Assembly: GCA_963741945.1 (NCBI GenBank)
Contig: CAVUKA010000006.1
Coordinates: forward strand, 160,001 to 224,000
Reading direction: 5' to 3'
Origin: an uncultured Gemmatimonadales bacterium
GTDB taxonomy: Bacteria > Gemmatimonadota > Gemmatimonadetes > Longimicrobiales > RSA9
DNA: 64,000 nt
A program made the translations under genes and the position numbers. This document shows positions 9,749-19,564 of this stretch, piece after piece. Numbering within the stretch: the stretch's first letter is position 1; every line of letters begins with the position of its first letter. The notes under the pieces were generated by a model. That model saw only the letters and a list, made by a program, of their open reading frames with translations, ran no database searches and was not told the DNA's origin.

Positions 9749-10567
9749 ATGGCCATCATCGCCATCTGTCGCGGCACGAAGAGCGGTGGGGCGGCCATGG
9801 CCGAGTGCCTGGCCAATGGCCTCGACTATCCGGTCCTGGGCCGCGAGGTCGTGCAGGATGCGGCCGCGGAGCTGGGCGTCCCGGCCCAGCTCCTCGAACA
9901 GCGCATGGATGCGCGGCCCACGCTGTGGAGCCGGTTCTCCAATCTGAGGCGCACCTACATGGTGGCCATTCAGGCCGCCATGGCGGAGTACGCCGTGGAG
10001 GGCGACCTGGTCTACCACGGCCTCGCCGGCGGGCTCCTGCTGCGCGGCCTTCCCGCCACGCTCTGGCTCCGGCTCATCGCGCCGATGCGTTATCGGAAGC
10101 GGGTGGTCATGGGCGAGTCGGACATGGATGACGCGCTGGCGGAATCCTACATCCGCGAGATGGACGAGACCCGTGCTCGCTGGGTGAAGGTGATGTACGG
10201 CGAGGACATTGGAGATCCGGACCTTTTCGACATGGTGGTCAGCCTGGACAAGCTGACCATCGACGGTGCCTGCTCGGTGGTGGTGAAGACGGTCGAACAG
10301 CCCGAGTACACGATCACGGACGAGATCCGGTCCCGGCTGCTGAACTTCCGGACGGCGTGCCGGGTGAAGCTGGCGCTGGTCCGGGACAGCGAGCTGCGCA
10401 GCCTCGAACTCGACGCCCGCGTCGAGGACGGTGCTGTGGTGATCACGGGGGAAGCGCCCCTCATGAAGGGTGGACGGACGGGGAACCGCATGGTCGACCT
10501 CGCACGATCGGTACAGGGCGTGGAGGAGGTCCGGCTCAAGGTGGAGTGGTTCGACCCGTATCCGTAG
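9749..10567 (+). CDS. Cytidylate kinase-like protein with C-terminal BON-like domain (paralog 2)
   Basis: ATG 9749, MAIIAICRGTKSGG, LVYHG, RLIAP, FDMVVS. C-terminal 'LDARVEDGAVVITG..ARSVQGVEEV' is BON-like. Confidence 0.78.
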   Translation: MAIIAICRGTKSGGAAMAECLANGLDYPVLGREVVQDAAAELGVPAQLLEQRMDARPTLWSRFSNLRRTYMVAIQAAMAEYAVEGDLVYHGLAGGLLLRGLPATLWLRLIAPMRYRKRVVMGESDMDDALAESYIREMDETRARWVKVMYGEDIGDPDLFDMVVSLDKLTIDGACSVVVKTVEQPEYTITDEIRSRLLNFRTACRVKLALVRDSELRSLELDARVEDGAVVITGEAPLMKGGRTGNRMVDLARSVQGVEEVRLKVEWFDPYP

Positions 10568-10623
10568 GCCGAACGACGATCCGGCACGCCCGCGTCGAGA
10601 GCGGGCGGCCAGGAGTGAACGAT

Positions 10624-11619
10624 ATGCACCAGCGCTTCGTTTGCGCCGCCGGCAGTGTGATTCCACTCACGCTCCTGCTCCTCCTGTGCCTGTGCGCGCC
10701 CGCCGTGGCGCAGCACGCGACGCCGGATGCTGCCGAGATGGCCGGCATGGAGGCGGCCATCAGCGACCACGTCTGGTGGTTCTGGCCCGCCGTTCTCTTC
10801 GGGATGACCTTCGTGATGGGGATCCTGGCGGCGGTGGCGGGCGTGGGTGGCGGCGTCCTGTTCGTGCCCATCGTGAGTGGATTCTGCCCGTTCCACCTGG
10901 ACTTCGTCCGCGGGACGGGGCTGCTGGTGGCCATGTCGGGAGCCCTTGCGGCGGGACCCGGGTTCCTGCGGATGAACCTGGCGAGCCTTCGCCTGGCCAT
11001 GCCCGTGGCGCTCATCGCGTCTGCGTGCGCCATAGCCGGTGCGATGGTGGGGCTGGCGCTCCCCACCAACGTGGTGCAGACGGCGCTCGGCGCGTCGATC
11101 CTGGGGATCGTGGTGATCATGATCCGGGCGAAGAAATCGGCATTCCCCGTGGTCCCCCGGGCGGACCGGCTGTCCACGGCTCTGGGCATTTCCGGTGTGT
11201 ACATGGAGGCGAGCCTGGGCCGCGAAGTGGACTGGAAGATCCACCGGACCCTCCCGGGTTTGATCCTGTTCATCCTCATCGGGTTCATGGCCGGCATGTT
11301 CGGGCTCGGCGCCGGGTGGGCCAACGTCCCCGTGCTGAACCTGCTGCTGGGCGCCCCACTCAAGGTGAGCGTGGCCACGAGCAAGTTCCTCCTCTCCATC
11401 ACGGACACGTCCGCCGCCTGGATCTATCTGAATCAGGGGTGCGTGATCCCGCTGCTCGTGGTCCCGTCGCTCGTGGGAATCATGCTCGGGTCGTTCGTGG
11501 GCGTGCGGGTCCTCAAGGTGGCGAAGCCGGCGTTCGTGCGGTGGATGGTCATCGCGCTCCTGATCTTCTCGGGGGCGAAGGCGATGACGAAGGGGCTCGG
11601 ACTCCCGTTCTTCTTCTGA
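10624..11619 (+). CDS. Sulfite exporter TauE/SafE family permease
   Basis: Two repeats, GILAAVAGVGGGVLFVP and GFMAGMFGLGAGWANVP. About 8-9 TM segments. AGGAG upstream of ATG 10624. Confidence 0.85.
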   Translation: MHQRFVCAAGSVIPLTLLLLLCLCAPAVAQHATPDAAEMAGMEAAISDHVWWFWPAVLFGMTFVMGILAAVAGVGGGVLFVPIVSGFCPFHLDFVRGTGLLVAMSGALAAGPGFLRMNLASLRLAMPVALIASACAIAGAMVGLALPTNVVQTALGASILGIVVIMIRAKKSAFPVVPRADRLSTALGISGVYMEASLGREVDWKIHRTLPGLILFILIGFMAGMFGLGAGWANVPVLNLLLGAPLKVSVATSKFLLSITDTSAAWIYLNQGCVIPLLVVPSLVGIMLGSFVGVRVLKVAKPAFVRWMVIALLIFSGAKAMTKGLGLPFFF

Positions 11620-11644
11620 CCTGGTCGATGGTGGAGGTGTGGAA

Positions 11645-12094
11645 ATGAGCGAACAGGCGAGCGGGGCTCGACCCTCGGAGGAACAGCGGCTCTATGCCAC
11701 CATCCTGGCTGCCGGGATGTACACGGGGCTGGGTCTGCTGCTTCTGACCTTCGCGCTCTACATCTTCGGGGTCGTGGAGCCGGCCGTCCCCATCGACCGC
11801 CTCGAGACGTACTGGACGCTGAGCGTCGACCGGTTCAACGAGGTGATCAACGCCGAGTACCTGCATCGGGAGCACGGGCTCACCGGCTGGTGGTGGCTCT
11901 CCGCGTTGGGGCGGGGCGACTACCTGAACCTGGTGGGAATCGCGGTGCTGTCGGGCGTCACGGTGATCTCCTTCATCGGCATCATCCCGGTCCTCATCCG
12001 GAAGCGGGACTGGGTCTATGCCGCCATCGCCGTGGTCGAGGTACTCATCCTCGTTCTGGCGGCCAGCGGCATCCTGGCCGTGGGCGGGCATTGA
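11645..12094 (+). CDS. DUF1634-like membrane protein (usual TauE partner)
   Basis: Three TM segments, EQRLYA..L..G and 'TGWWWL..L..GDYLN..GIA.L'. Directly after tauE. Confidence 0.65.
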   Translation: MSEQASGARPSEEQRLYATILAAGMYTGLGLLLLTFALYIFGVVEPAVPIDRLETYWTLSVDRFNEVINAEYLHREHGLTGWWWLSALGRGDYLNLVGIAVLSGVTVISFIGIIPVLIRKRDWVYAAIAVVEVLILVLAASGILAVGGH

Positions 12095-12939
12095 TGCGCT
12101 TCCTCCCCGTTGGCCTCGACCTGCGCGACCGGCCGTGCCTGGTGGTTGGCGGTGGTGCCGTAGGAACGCGCAAGGTGCGCACGCTCGCGCGTGTGGGCGC
12201 GCGCGTCACCGTGGTAGCGCCGGCGCTGACCGATGAGCTGGCCGGCGAGGCCCGGGCGGGGCGCATCCGCTGGCTGCGCGAGCCTTTCCGCCCGGAACAC
12301 CTGGAGGGCGCCCGTCTGGCCGTGCTCGCCACCGATGACCCGGCGGTGAACGCCAGCGCGGCCCGCGAGGCTTCGGCGCGTGGGATCCTGACGTGTGACG
12401 CGTCGTCGGCCGAAAGCTCCGACCTGATCTTCGGCGCGCTCCTGGAGCACGACGGCGTGACCATGGGTGCGTTCACCGATGGCCGGGATCCGGCGCGGGC
12501 GAAGCAGGTGCGCGATGAAGTGGCACTCTGGCTGGGCGCGCCGCGCGTGAACGGCGATGCACCGGCGCCCACGGATGCGCTCCTCGTCCTGGCTGCACAC
12601 GGCAGCCGCGATCCCGGGTGGGGGCGCCCGCTGGAAGTGCTCGCCGAATCGCTGTGCCGGCGCATGGGCGACGACCGCGTGCGCCTGGCATACGTCCAGT
12701 TCGCAACCCCTTCGCTGGAGGACGTGGTGGCCGACGCCGCGCGCTCCGGCTACCGGCGCGTCCGCGTGCTCCCACTGTTCATGACGGCGGAAGGCCACGT
12801 GGAGCGCGACATCCGCCCGGCGGTGGAGCGACTCCGCCGGGACCACGCAGAGCTCGAGGTGACCCTGCTCCCCGCCGTGGGACAGCTCCCCTCGTTTGAA
12901 CAGCTTGTTGCTGATATCGCATTGGAGGTAACCCGATGA
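12094..12939 (+). CDS. Precorrin-2 dehydrogenase (SirC/CysG-N) fused to a CbiX/SirB-type chelatase
   Basis: TGATG overlap. N-terminal 'LPVGLDLRDRPCLVVGGGAVGTRK'. C-terminal 'AAHGSRD..AYVQFATPSL..PLFMTAEGHVERDI'. Confidence 0.85.
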   Translation: MRFLPVGLDLRDRPCLVVGGGAVGTRKVRTLARVGARVTVVAPALTDELAGEARAGRIRWLREPFRPEHLEGARLAVLATDDPAVNASAAREASARGILTCDASSAESSDLIFGALLEHDGVTMGAFTDGRDPARAKQVRDEVALWLGAPRVNGDAPAPTDALLVLAAHGSRDPGWGRPLEVLAESLCRRMGDDRVRLAYVQFATPSLEDVVADAARSGYRRVRVLPLFMTAEGHVERDIRPAVERLRRDHAELEVTLLPAVGQLPSFEQLVADIALEVTR

Positions 12940-12976
12940 GCAGTCCTGTGTCCAACCCCCGACGCCGGAGGAACGC

Positions 12977-14533
12977 ATGATCACCCCGGCTCGCCCGAAA
13001 CCCGGAACGGTGTACCTCGTCGGAGCGGGACCGGGGCATCCGGGACTGCTCACGCTGCGGGCCGTGGAATGCCTGAAGAAGGCGGACCTGGTCATGTACG
13101 ACTACCTGGCGAACGCGTCGCTCGTCGAGCACGCGCGCCCGGATGCCGAGCTCATGCGGCTCGGTCACCACAACGGCGGCCCGCGTCTCTCGCCGAGCGA
13201 GATCATCTCGCTGATGGTGGAGGAAGCCCTGAAAGGGCGGTCCGTGGTCCGCCTGAAAGGCGGGGACCCGAGCATCTTCGCTCGTGGCGGCGACGAGGCG
13301 ACCGCGCTCCGCGACGCGGGCGTCCCCTTCGAGATCGTACCCGGCATCACGTCCGGCCTGGCACTGGCCGCGTTCGCCGAGATCCCGCTCACCCATTTCG
13401 AGGACGCGTCCGCAGTGGCGCTCGTCACCGGGCGGGAGCGGAACGCAAAGCTTGAAAACGACGACTGCCACCTGGACTATGCCGGCCTGGCGTCGTTTCC
13501 CGGCACCCTCGTGTTCTACATGGCCGTGAAAGGCACGCAGGCGTGGAGCAGCGCGCTCATGGAGGAGGGCAAGTCACCGGACACGCCCGTGGGCATCGTG
13601 CGCTGGTGCAGCCGGGCGTGGCAGCAGACCGTCCGCTGCACGCTGGGCACGGTGGCAGAGGTCGTGGAGACGCACGGGCTCCGTCCGCCCTGCCTGTTCG
13701 TGGTGGGGAAGGTCGTCGACCGCACGCCTCGCCTGAGCTGGTTCGAGTCGCGGCCCCTGTTCGGATCCACGGTCCTCGTGGCAGGCTCGGCCAGCAGCGC
13801 GGGCCGCCTGCGCGAGCGGCTGGCGGAAACAGGGGCGGAAGTGATCATGCAGCCGGCGATCCGGGTCACGCCGCCGCCTACGTGGGTGCCCGTGGACGAT
13901 ACGCTTGAGCGCATTGACGACTACCAGTGGCTGGTCTTCTCCACGCCGAACGCCGTGGACGCGCTCATGGACCATATCGATGCCCGGGGCGGCGACGCGC
14001 GCTGGCTGGGCCGCGTGCGCATCGTCGCGCTCGGGTCGGGCACGGTGGACCGGCTGCGGGCGCGCCAGATCCGCCCCGACCTGACCCCCGACGGCTACCA
14101 GCCTGCCGTGCTGGCCCGGACGCTGACGGCGGCGGGGCCGACCCGCGTGCTCCTGGCACGCTCCAATGGTGAACGGCCGGTCCTGGCCGCGGAGCTGGAA
14201 GCGGCGGGCGCGAGGGTGGGCGAGATCGTCGTCTACGCGACGGCTGAAGTGGACGAGCCGGACCCGGACGTGGCGCTCTCGCTGGCTGAAGACGAGCTGG
14301 ACTGGGTGGCCGTGACCAGCCCGGCCACGGCCCGATCGCTGGACCGGCTGTACGGGAGCGCACTGCGCCGCGCGCGCATCGCCTCCATCAGTCCCCTCAC
14401 TTCGGAAGCACTGCGTGAGCTGGGGCTGGAACCGGACGTGGAAGCCGCCCCGGCCAGCGTGGCGGGGCTCGTGGACGCCATAGCCGCGGCGGTGCCCCGC
14501 GTGGCCGTCGCCGAGACCGCAGGAGTTCCGTAA
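12977..14533 (+). CDS. cobA-hemD: Uroporphyrinogen-III C-methyltransferase / uroporphyrinogen-III synthase fusion
   Basis: VYLVGAGPGHPGLLTLRA, VVRLKGGDP and IVPGITS, then 'WFESRPLFG' and a HemD-like half (VFSTPNAV, VTSP, ASISPLTS). Confidence 0.92.
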   Translation: MITPARPKPGTVYLVGAGPGHPGLLTLRAVECLKKADLVMYDYLANASLVEHARPDAELMRLGHHNGGPRLSPSEIISLMVEEALKGRSVVRLKGGDPSIFARGGDEATALRDAGVPFEIVPGITSGLALAAFAEIPLTHFEDASAVALVTGRERNAKLENDDCHLDYAGLASFPGTLVFYMAVKGTQAWSSALMEEGKSPDTPVGIVRWCSRAWQQTVRCTLGTVAEVVETHGLRPPCLFVVGKVVDRTPRLSWFESRPLFGSTVLVAGSASSAGRLRERLAETGAEVIMQPAIRVTPPPTWVPVDDTLERIDDYQWLVFSTPNAVDALMDHIDARGGDARWLGRVRIVALGSGTVDRLRARQIRPDLTPDGYQPAVLARTLTAAGPTRVLLARSNGERPVLAAELEAAGARVGEIVVYATAEVDEPDPDVALSLAEDELDWVAVTSPATARSLDRLYGSALRRARIASISPLTSEALRELGLEPDVEAAPASVAGLVDAIAAAVPRVAVAETAGVP

Positions 14534-16140
14534 TGCAGATCGTCTGCGTATCCAGGGGATCGCTCGCAGCGGGCCGTGAGCTGGCCGATACCCTCGCCGC
14601 CAAGCTGGGCTATCCCGTCCTGAGCCGGGAGAAGCTGATCGAGGAAGCGACGCACGAGGGCATCCAGGTCGGGAAGCTCGAGACGGCCATGATGAACCCC
14701 CGGGCGTTCAACGAGCGCCTCGCCCGGGAGCGGGATCACTACCTGGCCTTCTGCACCGCGTACCTGTGCGACCGGCTGGAGGAGGGCCCGCTGGTCTATC
14801 ACGGGCGCACCGGCCACCTCCTGCTGCGCGGGATCAGCCACGTCATGCGCGTTCGCGTGGTGGCCGATGAGGAGTACCGCATCGCCAGCGTGATGCGCGA
14901 GCTCGGCATCGAGCGGGAGAAGGCGCGGGCATACCTCAAGGCCGTGGAAGAGGACCGGCGCAACTGGACGCGGGCGATGTACGGGGTCTCCTCGGAGGAG
15001 GCCGAGCAGTACGACGTGGTGGTGAACATCGAGCGGATGAGCGTCGGCAATGCCGCCGCTTCGCTCGTCGACATGTGCCAGCTCCCGGACTTCCAGGCGA
15101 CACCGGCATCCCGGCGCGCCATGGAGGACCTGCGCCTCTCGGCGCGCGCCCGGCTGATGCTGGCCCGCGACCCGCGCACCAACCGCTTCGGGTTCTCCGT
15201 GGGCGCGCACGACGGCGTGCTCACGGTCACTTACCTGCCCCACGATGCGGAGGTGGCACCGCACATCGAGCCCGTCCTCCAGCCGCTCGCCGGCGTGGAC
15301 GAGATCCGGGCCACCATGGCGGCCACCACCATCCTCTGGGTCCAGGAGTCGTTCGACCCGGCCTCGGACACGTTCCGCGACGTGGTGGAGATCGCGGGGA
15401 AGTGGAACGCGGCGGTGGAGCTCGTACGCTACACGCCGGACAAGCCATCGGAGTCGAGGCTCGACGTCGAGTCCGTGGCCACCGCCGCTCCGGCAGGAAC
15501 GGGCGCCCCCGCACCGGTGAGTGCTGGAGTCGCCGCGGGCGAAGGCGGGACGGCCATGGCCGGAGCCGTGGCCGTCGCTCCGCCGGCCATCACGACGCCT
15601 CCCGGCGGCATCGAGGAGGACGACGACGAGGAGCCCGCGCTGGATGAGGGACTGAAGGCCACGCTCGACGCGCTGGCCCGGCTCGGGCGGGCCGGCGGCG
15701 CCCGTCACGTGCATGGCACGCGAGGCAGTCTGGTCGCCTCGTGCTGCGGCGGCGTTCCGCACTCGATGGTCGTTCTCGGCGACCTGTTCCTGGGGAGCCC
15801 GCATGCGGCGAGGCTGCGGCTCACGCGCGAGCTGCGCGGCTCCATCACGGAACGGGTGAAAGTGCCCGTGGTGACCGCGGACGAGCTGCGCACGCAGTAC
15901 CTGTTCGGCCGCCGTGACCTGTTCCGTCTGCTCGGGTGGGTGGCCCTCGTCCTCCTGCTGTTCATCGTGGTCTTCACCAACCAGGACGCGGTGATCCAGT
16001 TCCTGTCGGGCGGCGAGGAAGAGCGGAGCCGCGTGATGAGGCTGCTGGTGGCCGCCGCGGTGTTCGCGTTCGTGCCGATCGTCGCCTACTCCTACGGGAC
16101 GGTGGCACGGCTGGTCATGAAGCTGATCCGGATGGAGTAG
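14533..16140 (+). CDS. Cytidylate kinase-like + BON-like + USP-like + two C-terminal TM helices (paralog 3)
   Basis: MQIVCVSRGSLAAG, LVYHGRTGH and YDVVVN, then 'VGAHDGVLTV..LAGVDEI', then 'SMVVLGD..GSITERVKVPVV', then two hydrophobic helices. Confidence 0.7.
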   Translation: MQIVCVSRGSLAAGRELADTLAAKLGYPVLSREKLIEEATHEGIQVGKLETAMMNPRAFNERLARERDHYLAFCTAYLCDRLEEGPLVYHGRTGHLLLRGISHVMRVRVVADEEYRIASVMRELGIEREKARAYLKAVEEDRRNWTRAMYGVSSEEAEQYDVVVNIERMSVGNAAASLVDMCQLPDFQATPASRRAMEDLRLSARARLMLARDPRTNRFGFSVGAHDGVLTVTYLPHDAEVAPHIEPVLQPLAGVDEIRATMAATTILWVQESFDPASDTFRDVVEIAGKWNAAVELVRYTPDKPSESRLDVESVATAAPAGTGAPAPVSAGVAAGEGGTAMAGAVAVAPPAITTPPGGIEEDDDEEPALDEGLKATLDALARLGRAGGARHVHGTRGSLVASCCGGVPHSMVVLGDLFLGSPHAARLRLTRELRGSITERVKVPVVTADELRTQYLFGRRDLFRLLGWVALVLLLFIVVFTNQDAVIQFLSGGEEERSRVMRLLVAAAVFAFVPIVAYSYGTVARLVMKLIRME

Positions 16141-16144
16141 CGAA

Positions 16145-17245
16145 ATGGACCCGACTCTTCTGTTCCAGCATTTCATCACGATCGACGCCACCACCGCCGT
16201 GAAGGTGGTCCTGCTGGGGTTCATCGGCGGCATCCTGTCCGGATTCATAGGGAGCGGCGGCGCGTTCTTCATGACGCCCGGGATGATGAACCTGGGCGTT
16301 CCCGGCGTGGTCGCGGTGGGGAGCAACATCACGCACAAGTTCGGCAAGGCCATGGTCGGCTCGCGCAAGCACAGCGAGCTGGGCAACGTGGACAAGCGGC
16401 TGGGCGTGTACCTGATCTTCACTTCCTTCATCGGCATCCGCATCGCGGTCTGGATCAACAGCGCCCTGTTCGGCAGCGGCGGCGACGGCCACGGCGCGGG
16501 CGGCTCGGCGGCGGCGGACCTCTACATCAGCGCGGTCTTCATCTTCATCCTCTCGCTGGTGGCCATCTCCATGCTGCGCGACGTGCTGCGTCCGGCCGGC
16601 CAGGGCGACGACGAGGGCGGCCCATCGCGGCGGATCGCCAACTTCATCGGCACCCTCAACCTGCCCCCCTACGTGTCGTTCAGGGTGGCGGACGTCCGGG
16701 TATCGGTGTGGGTGCTGGCGCTGGTCGGGCTGGCGACGGGATACCTGGCGGGGACCATTGGCGTGGGCGGCTTCATCGGCGTCCCCTGCATGATCTACGT
16801 GTTCGGCGTGCCGACGGCGGTCGCCGCGGGCACCGAGCTGTACCTGGCCATGTTCATGGGCGGATGGGGCGCGCTGAACTACGCGTTCGAAGGGTTCGTG
16901 GACCTCCGCCTCACCATGCTCCTCTACCTGGGCTCCCTGCTGGGCATCTACGTGGGCGTCTACGGGACCAAGGTGGTGAAGGAGCGGCTGATCCGGCTGG
17001 TAACGGGCGTGGTCATCCTGCTGTGCGTGGTCAGCCGCGCCGTTGCGGCGCCGGCGTACCTGCGGCAGCTGGGCTGGATCCAGTTCGACCCGGCCTGGGA
17101 CGCGCATTTCAACATGGCGAGCGAAGTGATGCTGTTTGCGGCCGGTATGTCGGGCTCCGGTCTGATCCTGTACCACGTGGTCCGCTCCTACCGACTGCGG
17201 CTGCGGGTGCAGAAGCGGCTGGTGGAGGCGAGGCAGGCCGGCTGA
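16145..17245 (+). CDS. Second TauE/SafE family permease
   Basis: GFIGGILSGFIGSGGAFFMTP and GLATGYLAGTIGVGGFIGVP repeats, multiple TM segments. Confidence 0.85.
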   Translation: MDPTLLFQHFITIDATTAVKVVLLGFIGGILSGFIGSGGAFFMTPGMMNLGVPGVVAVGSNITHKFGKAMVGSRKHSELGNVDKRLGVYLIFTSFIGIRIAVWINSALFGSGGDGHGAGGSAAADLYISAVFIFILSLVAISMLRDVLRPAGQGDDEGGPSRRIANFIGTLNLPPYVSFRVADVRVSVWVLALVGLATGYLAGTIGVGGFIGVPCMIYVFGVPTAVAAGTELYLAMFMGGWGALNYAFEGFVDLRLTMLLYLGSLLGIYVGVYGTKVVKERLIRLVTGVVILLCVVSRAVAAPAYLRQLGWIQFDPAWDAHFNMASEVMLFAAGMSGSGLILYHVVRSYRLRLRVQKRLVEARQAG

Positions 17246-17315
17246 GGCCGGGCAAGGCGGGAAAAACGGGTGGGGGGGAGCGGAGGGTGAAGGGTCTGTC
17301 GGCTGGAGGGGCGCG

Positions 17316-17921
17316 ATGGCGGACATGAAGAAGAAGATCGAGGACTGGATGGTCCGGGTTTCCTTCGCGGAGGCGAACGCGGACGAGGAAGGGTTCCGCG
17401 CGACGGGGGAGACGGTGGACCGGAAGACCAGCCTCGCGCTGGATCGGATCCGCATGGTGCGGGACGAGCGAGCGCCGGGGCGCGGCACGGAGGGCGACAT
17501 GGCGGAGACCGATGAGACGTTCGCGGCGCGAGTCGGCGGCGACCTGAGCGTCATGGTGATCGATGATGAGCCGATCGTGGGGAAGCGGCTGAAGCCCGCG
17601 CTGGAGAAGGCGGGGTTCACCGTGGAGTGCTACGAGCATCCGGCGGCCGCGGTATCCCGGCTTTCGGAGAAGGAGTTCGACATTGTCGTGACCGACCTGC
17701 GCATGGAGGGTATGGACGGGATCGAGATCCTGGAGCACGTGATGTCGCACAGCGAGCACACGCGGGTCATCCTGATCACCGGCTACGCCACGGTGGAAGT
17801 GGCGCGGGAAGCGCTGGTGAAGGGTGCATTCGACTTCATCTCGAAGCCGTTCAAGCCCCGTGACCTGCGGGCGGTCATCAACAAGGCCGCGCTCTCGCTG
17901 GGCTACCAGGGAATCATCTAG
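17316..17921 (+). CDS. Receiver-domain response regulator with N-terminal extension
   Basis: VMVIDDE, VVTDLRM, ILITGYA and FISKPF. No output domain. GGAGG upstream. Alternative start near 17499. Confidence 0.85.
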   Translation: MADMKKKIEDWMVRVSFAEANADEEGFRATGETVDRKTSLALDRIRMVRDERAPGRGTEGDMAETDETFAARVGGDLSVMVIDDEPIVGKRLKPALEKAGFTVECYEHPAAAVSRLSEKEFDIVVTDLRMEGMDGIEILEHVMSHSEHTRVILITGYATVEVAREALVKGAFDFISKPFKPRDLRAVINKAALSLGYQGII

Positions 17922-17930
17922 GAGGCCCCA

Positions 17931-19475
17931 GTGCCCCCGCCATCCACGGGCGCCAGGGGCGCCTCTCCGCTGGACGCGATGGCGGACGAGGCGCAGCGGG
18001 CGTTGAAGGCCAGGCGCAGCCTGTCCATCCGCACGCGGCTCACGCTCGGGCTGCTGCTCTGGCTCGCGCTGAGCCTGGGCGTGACGCTCGTGTCCATCCT
18101 CATCCTGGGCCGCGTCCAGGCGAAGCTCGATTCCGTGGGCGCGATAGAGCGCTACGCCTTCGAGATTCAGCAGGCCAGGCGGTTCGAGAAGAACTACTTC
18201 CTCTATGGGACGAACCTGCCCGACGCCCTGGACGGTGTCCATACGGCAGGCTCCCTTCTGGACCGCGAGCAGGGCAGCATCGCGTCCGTGCTGGGCCAGG
18301 CGGCGCTCGACACCATGCGGCTGCACGTGCGGCGGTACGAGGAGCTGCTGACACGGCTGCCCGCGCTGCGGGCGGATGCGGACGCCCGGCAGCTGACGGA
18401 GATCGAAGCGGAGCTGCGCGTCCACGGCGCCGAGATGGTGCTCATGGCAGAGGAGCTGTCGACGCGAGAGCGCCGGAGCGTGCAGGCGCTGCTGGTTGCG
18501 TCCCAGCGGATCGCGCTCGCCTTCCTGGTGCTGCTCCTGTTCGTGATCGTGCTCTTCGGCGTGTTCGTGGTGCGCCAGATCCTGGCCCCTCTCGATCGGA
18601 TCATGCGAGCGACGCGTCGCATCGCCGAGGGGGACCTGACGCCCATCACGCCGCGGCGGCGCTACCACGACGAGTTCAGCGAGCTGGCCACAGCCATCAA
18701 CTACATGATGAGCGAGCTGGTGCGCCGGCAGCAGTTGCTGGTGCAGACGCACAAGCTGCAGGCGATCGGCACGCTCACCGCCGGCGTCGCCCACGAGCTG
18801 AACAACCCGATCAACAACATCATGCTCACGGCGGACAGTCTCCAGGAGGACTACACCGAACTCTCCGACGCCGAGCGGCTGGACATGGTGGCGGATCTGG
18901 TCCACGAGTCCGAGCGCGCCCGCGGCATCGTGCGCAACCTCCTGGACTTCGCGCGCCAGACGGAGACGGAGCTCACCCCGCTGGACGTGGAGCAGATCGT
19001 GGGCGAGACGCTCCAGCTGGCGAGCAATCAGGTGAAGATCGCGAAAGTGAAAGTCCAGGGTGAGGTGGAGGAGAACGTGCCGCCGATCTTCGGTGACCGG
19101 CAGCAGCTGATCCAGGTCTTCCTCAACCTGGTCCTGAACGCGCTGCACGCCATGCCGGGCGGCGGAACGCTGGTCATCGGCGTGGAGAAGTCGGAGGATC
19201 GGAACTTCGTCGAGGTCTCGTTCGCGGACACCGGAACGGGGATCGCGCCGCAGCACCTGTCGCGGATCTTCGACCCGTTCTTCAGCACGAAGAAACAGGC
19301 GCGGGGGACGGGACTCGGCCTGAGCGTCTCACTGGGGATCATCAAGCAGCACGGCGGCGACATCCGGGTCCGGAGCAGCGAGGGCGAGGGGACGGTATTC
19401 ACGGTCTCGCTGCCCGTGGCGCGCGTCCCTGCCACCATGGCGGAGGCAGAGGCGGAGGTGGCGGCCGGCACGTGA
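17931..19475 (+). CDS. Membrane sensor histidine kinase (helical periplasmic sensor, HAMP, HisKA, HATPase)
   Basis: Two TM segments, 'ARRFEKNYFLY', HAMP, GVAHELNNP, QVFLNLVLNA, DTGTGI, FDPFF and GTGLGLS. Confidence 0.92.
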   Translation: MPPPSTGARGASPLDAMADEAQRALKARRSLSIRTRLTLGLLLWLALSLGVTLVSILILGRVQAKLDSVGAIERYAFEIQQARRFEKNYFLYGTNLPDALDGVHTAGSLLDREQGSIASVLGQAALDTMRLHVRRYEELLTRLPALRADADARQLTEIEAELRVHGAEMVLMAEELSTRERRSVQALLVASQRIALAFLVLLLFVIVLFGVFVVRQILAPLDRIMRATRRIAEGDLTPITPRRRYHDEFSELATAINYMMSELVRRQQLLVQTHKLQAIGTLTAGVAHELNNPINNIMLTADSLQEDYTELSDAERLDMVADLVHESERARGIVRNLLDFARQTETELTPLDVEQIVGETLQLASNQVKIAKVKVQGEVEENVPPIFGDRQQLIQVFLNLVLNALHAMPGGGTLVIGVEKSEDRNFVEVSFADTGTGIAPQHLSRIFDPFFSTKKQARGTGLGLSVSLGIIKQHGGDIRVRSSEGEGTVFTVSLPVARVPATMAEAEAEVAAGT

Positions 19476-19564
19476 GGCCGGGAGGGTCACAGGCGCAACG
19501 CAGGTGCGGAAGGCAAGGGGCAGTGGTCTCCCTCGAGAACGTGAGCTGAGCTACAATGTCGATC

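Noticed and set aside
7653-14533. Cobalamin biosynthesis cluster (cbiA/cobB, cbiX, cobA)
   Set aside because: No other cob or cbi genes are present. The context fits DsrN and siroheme synthesis.
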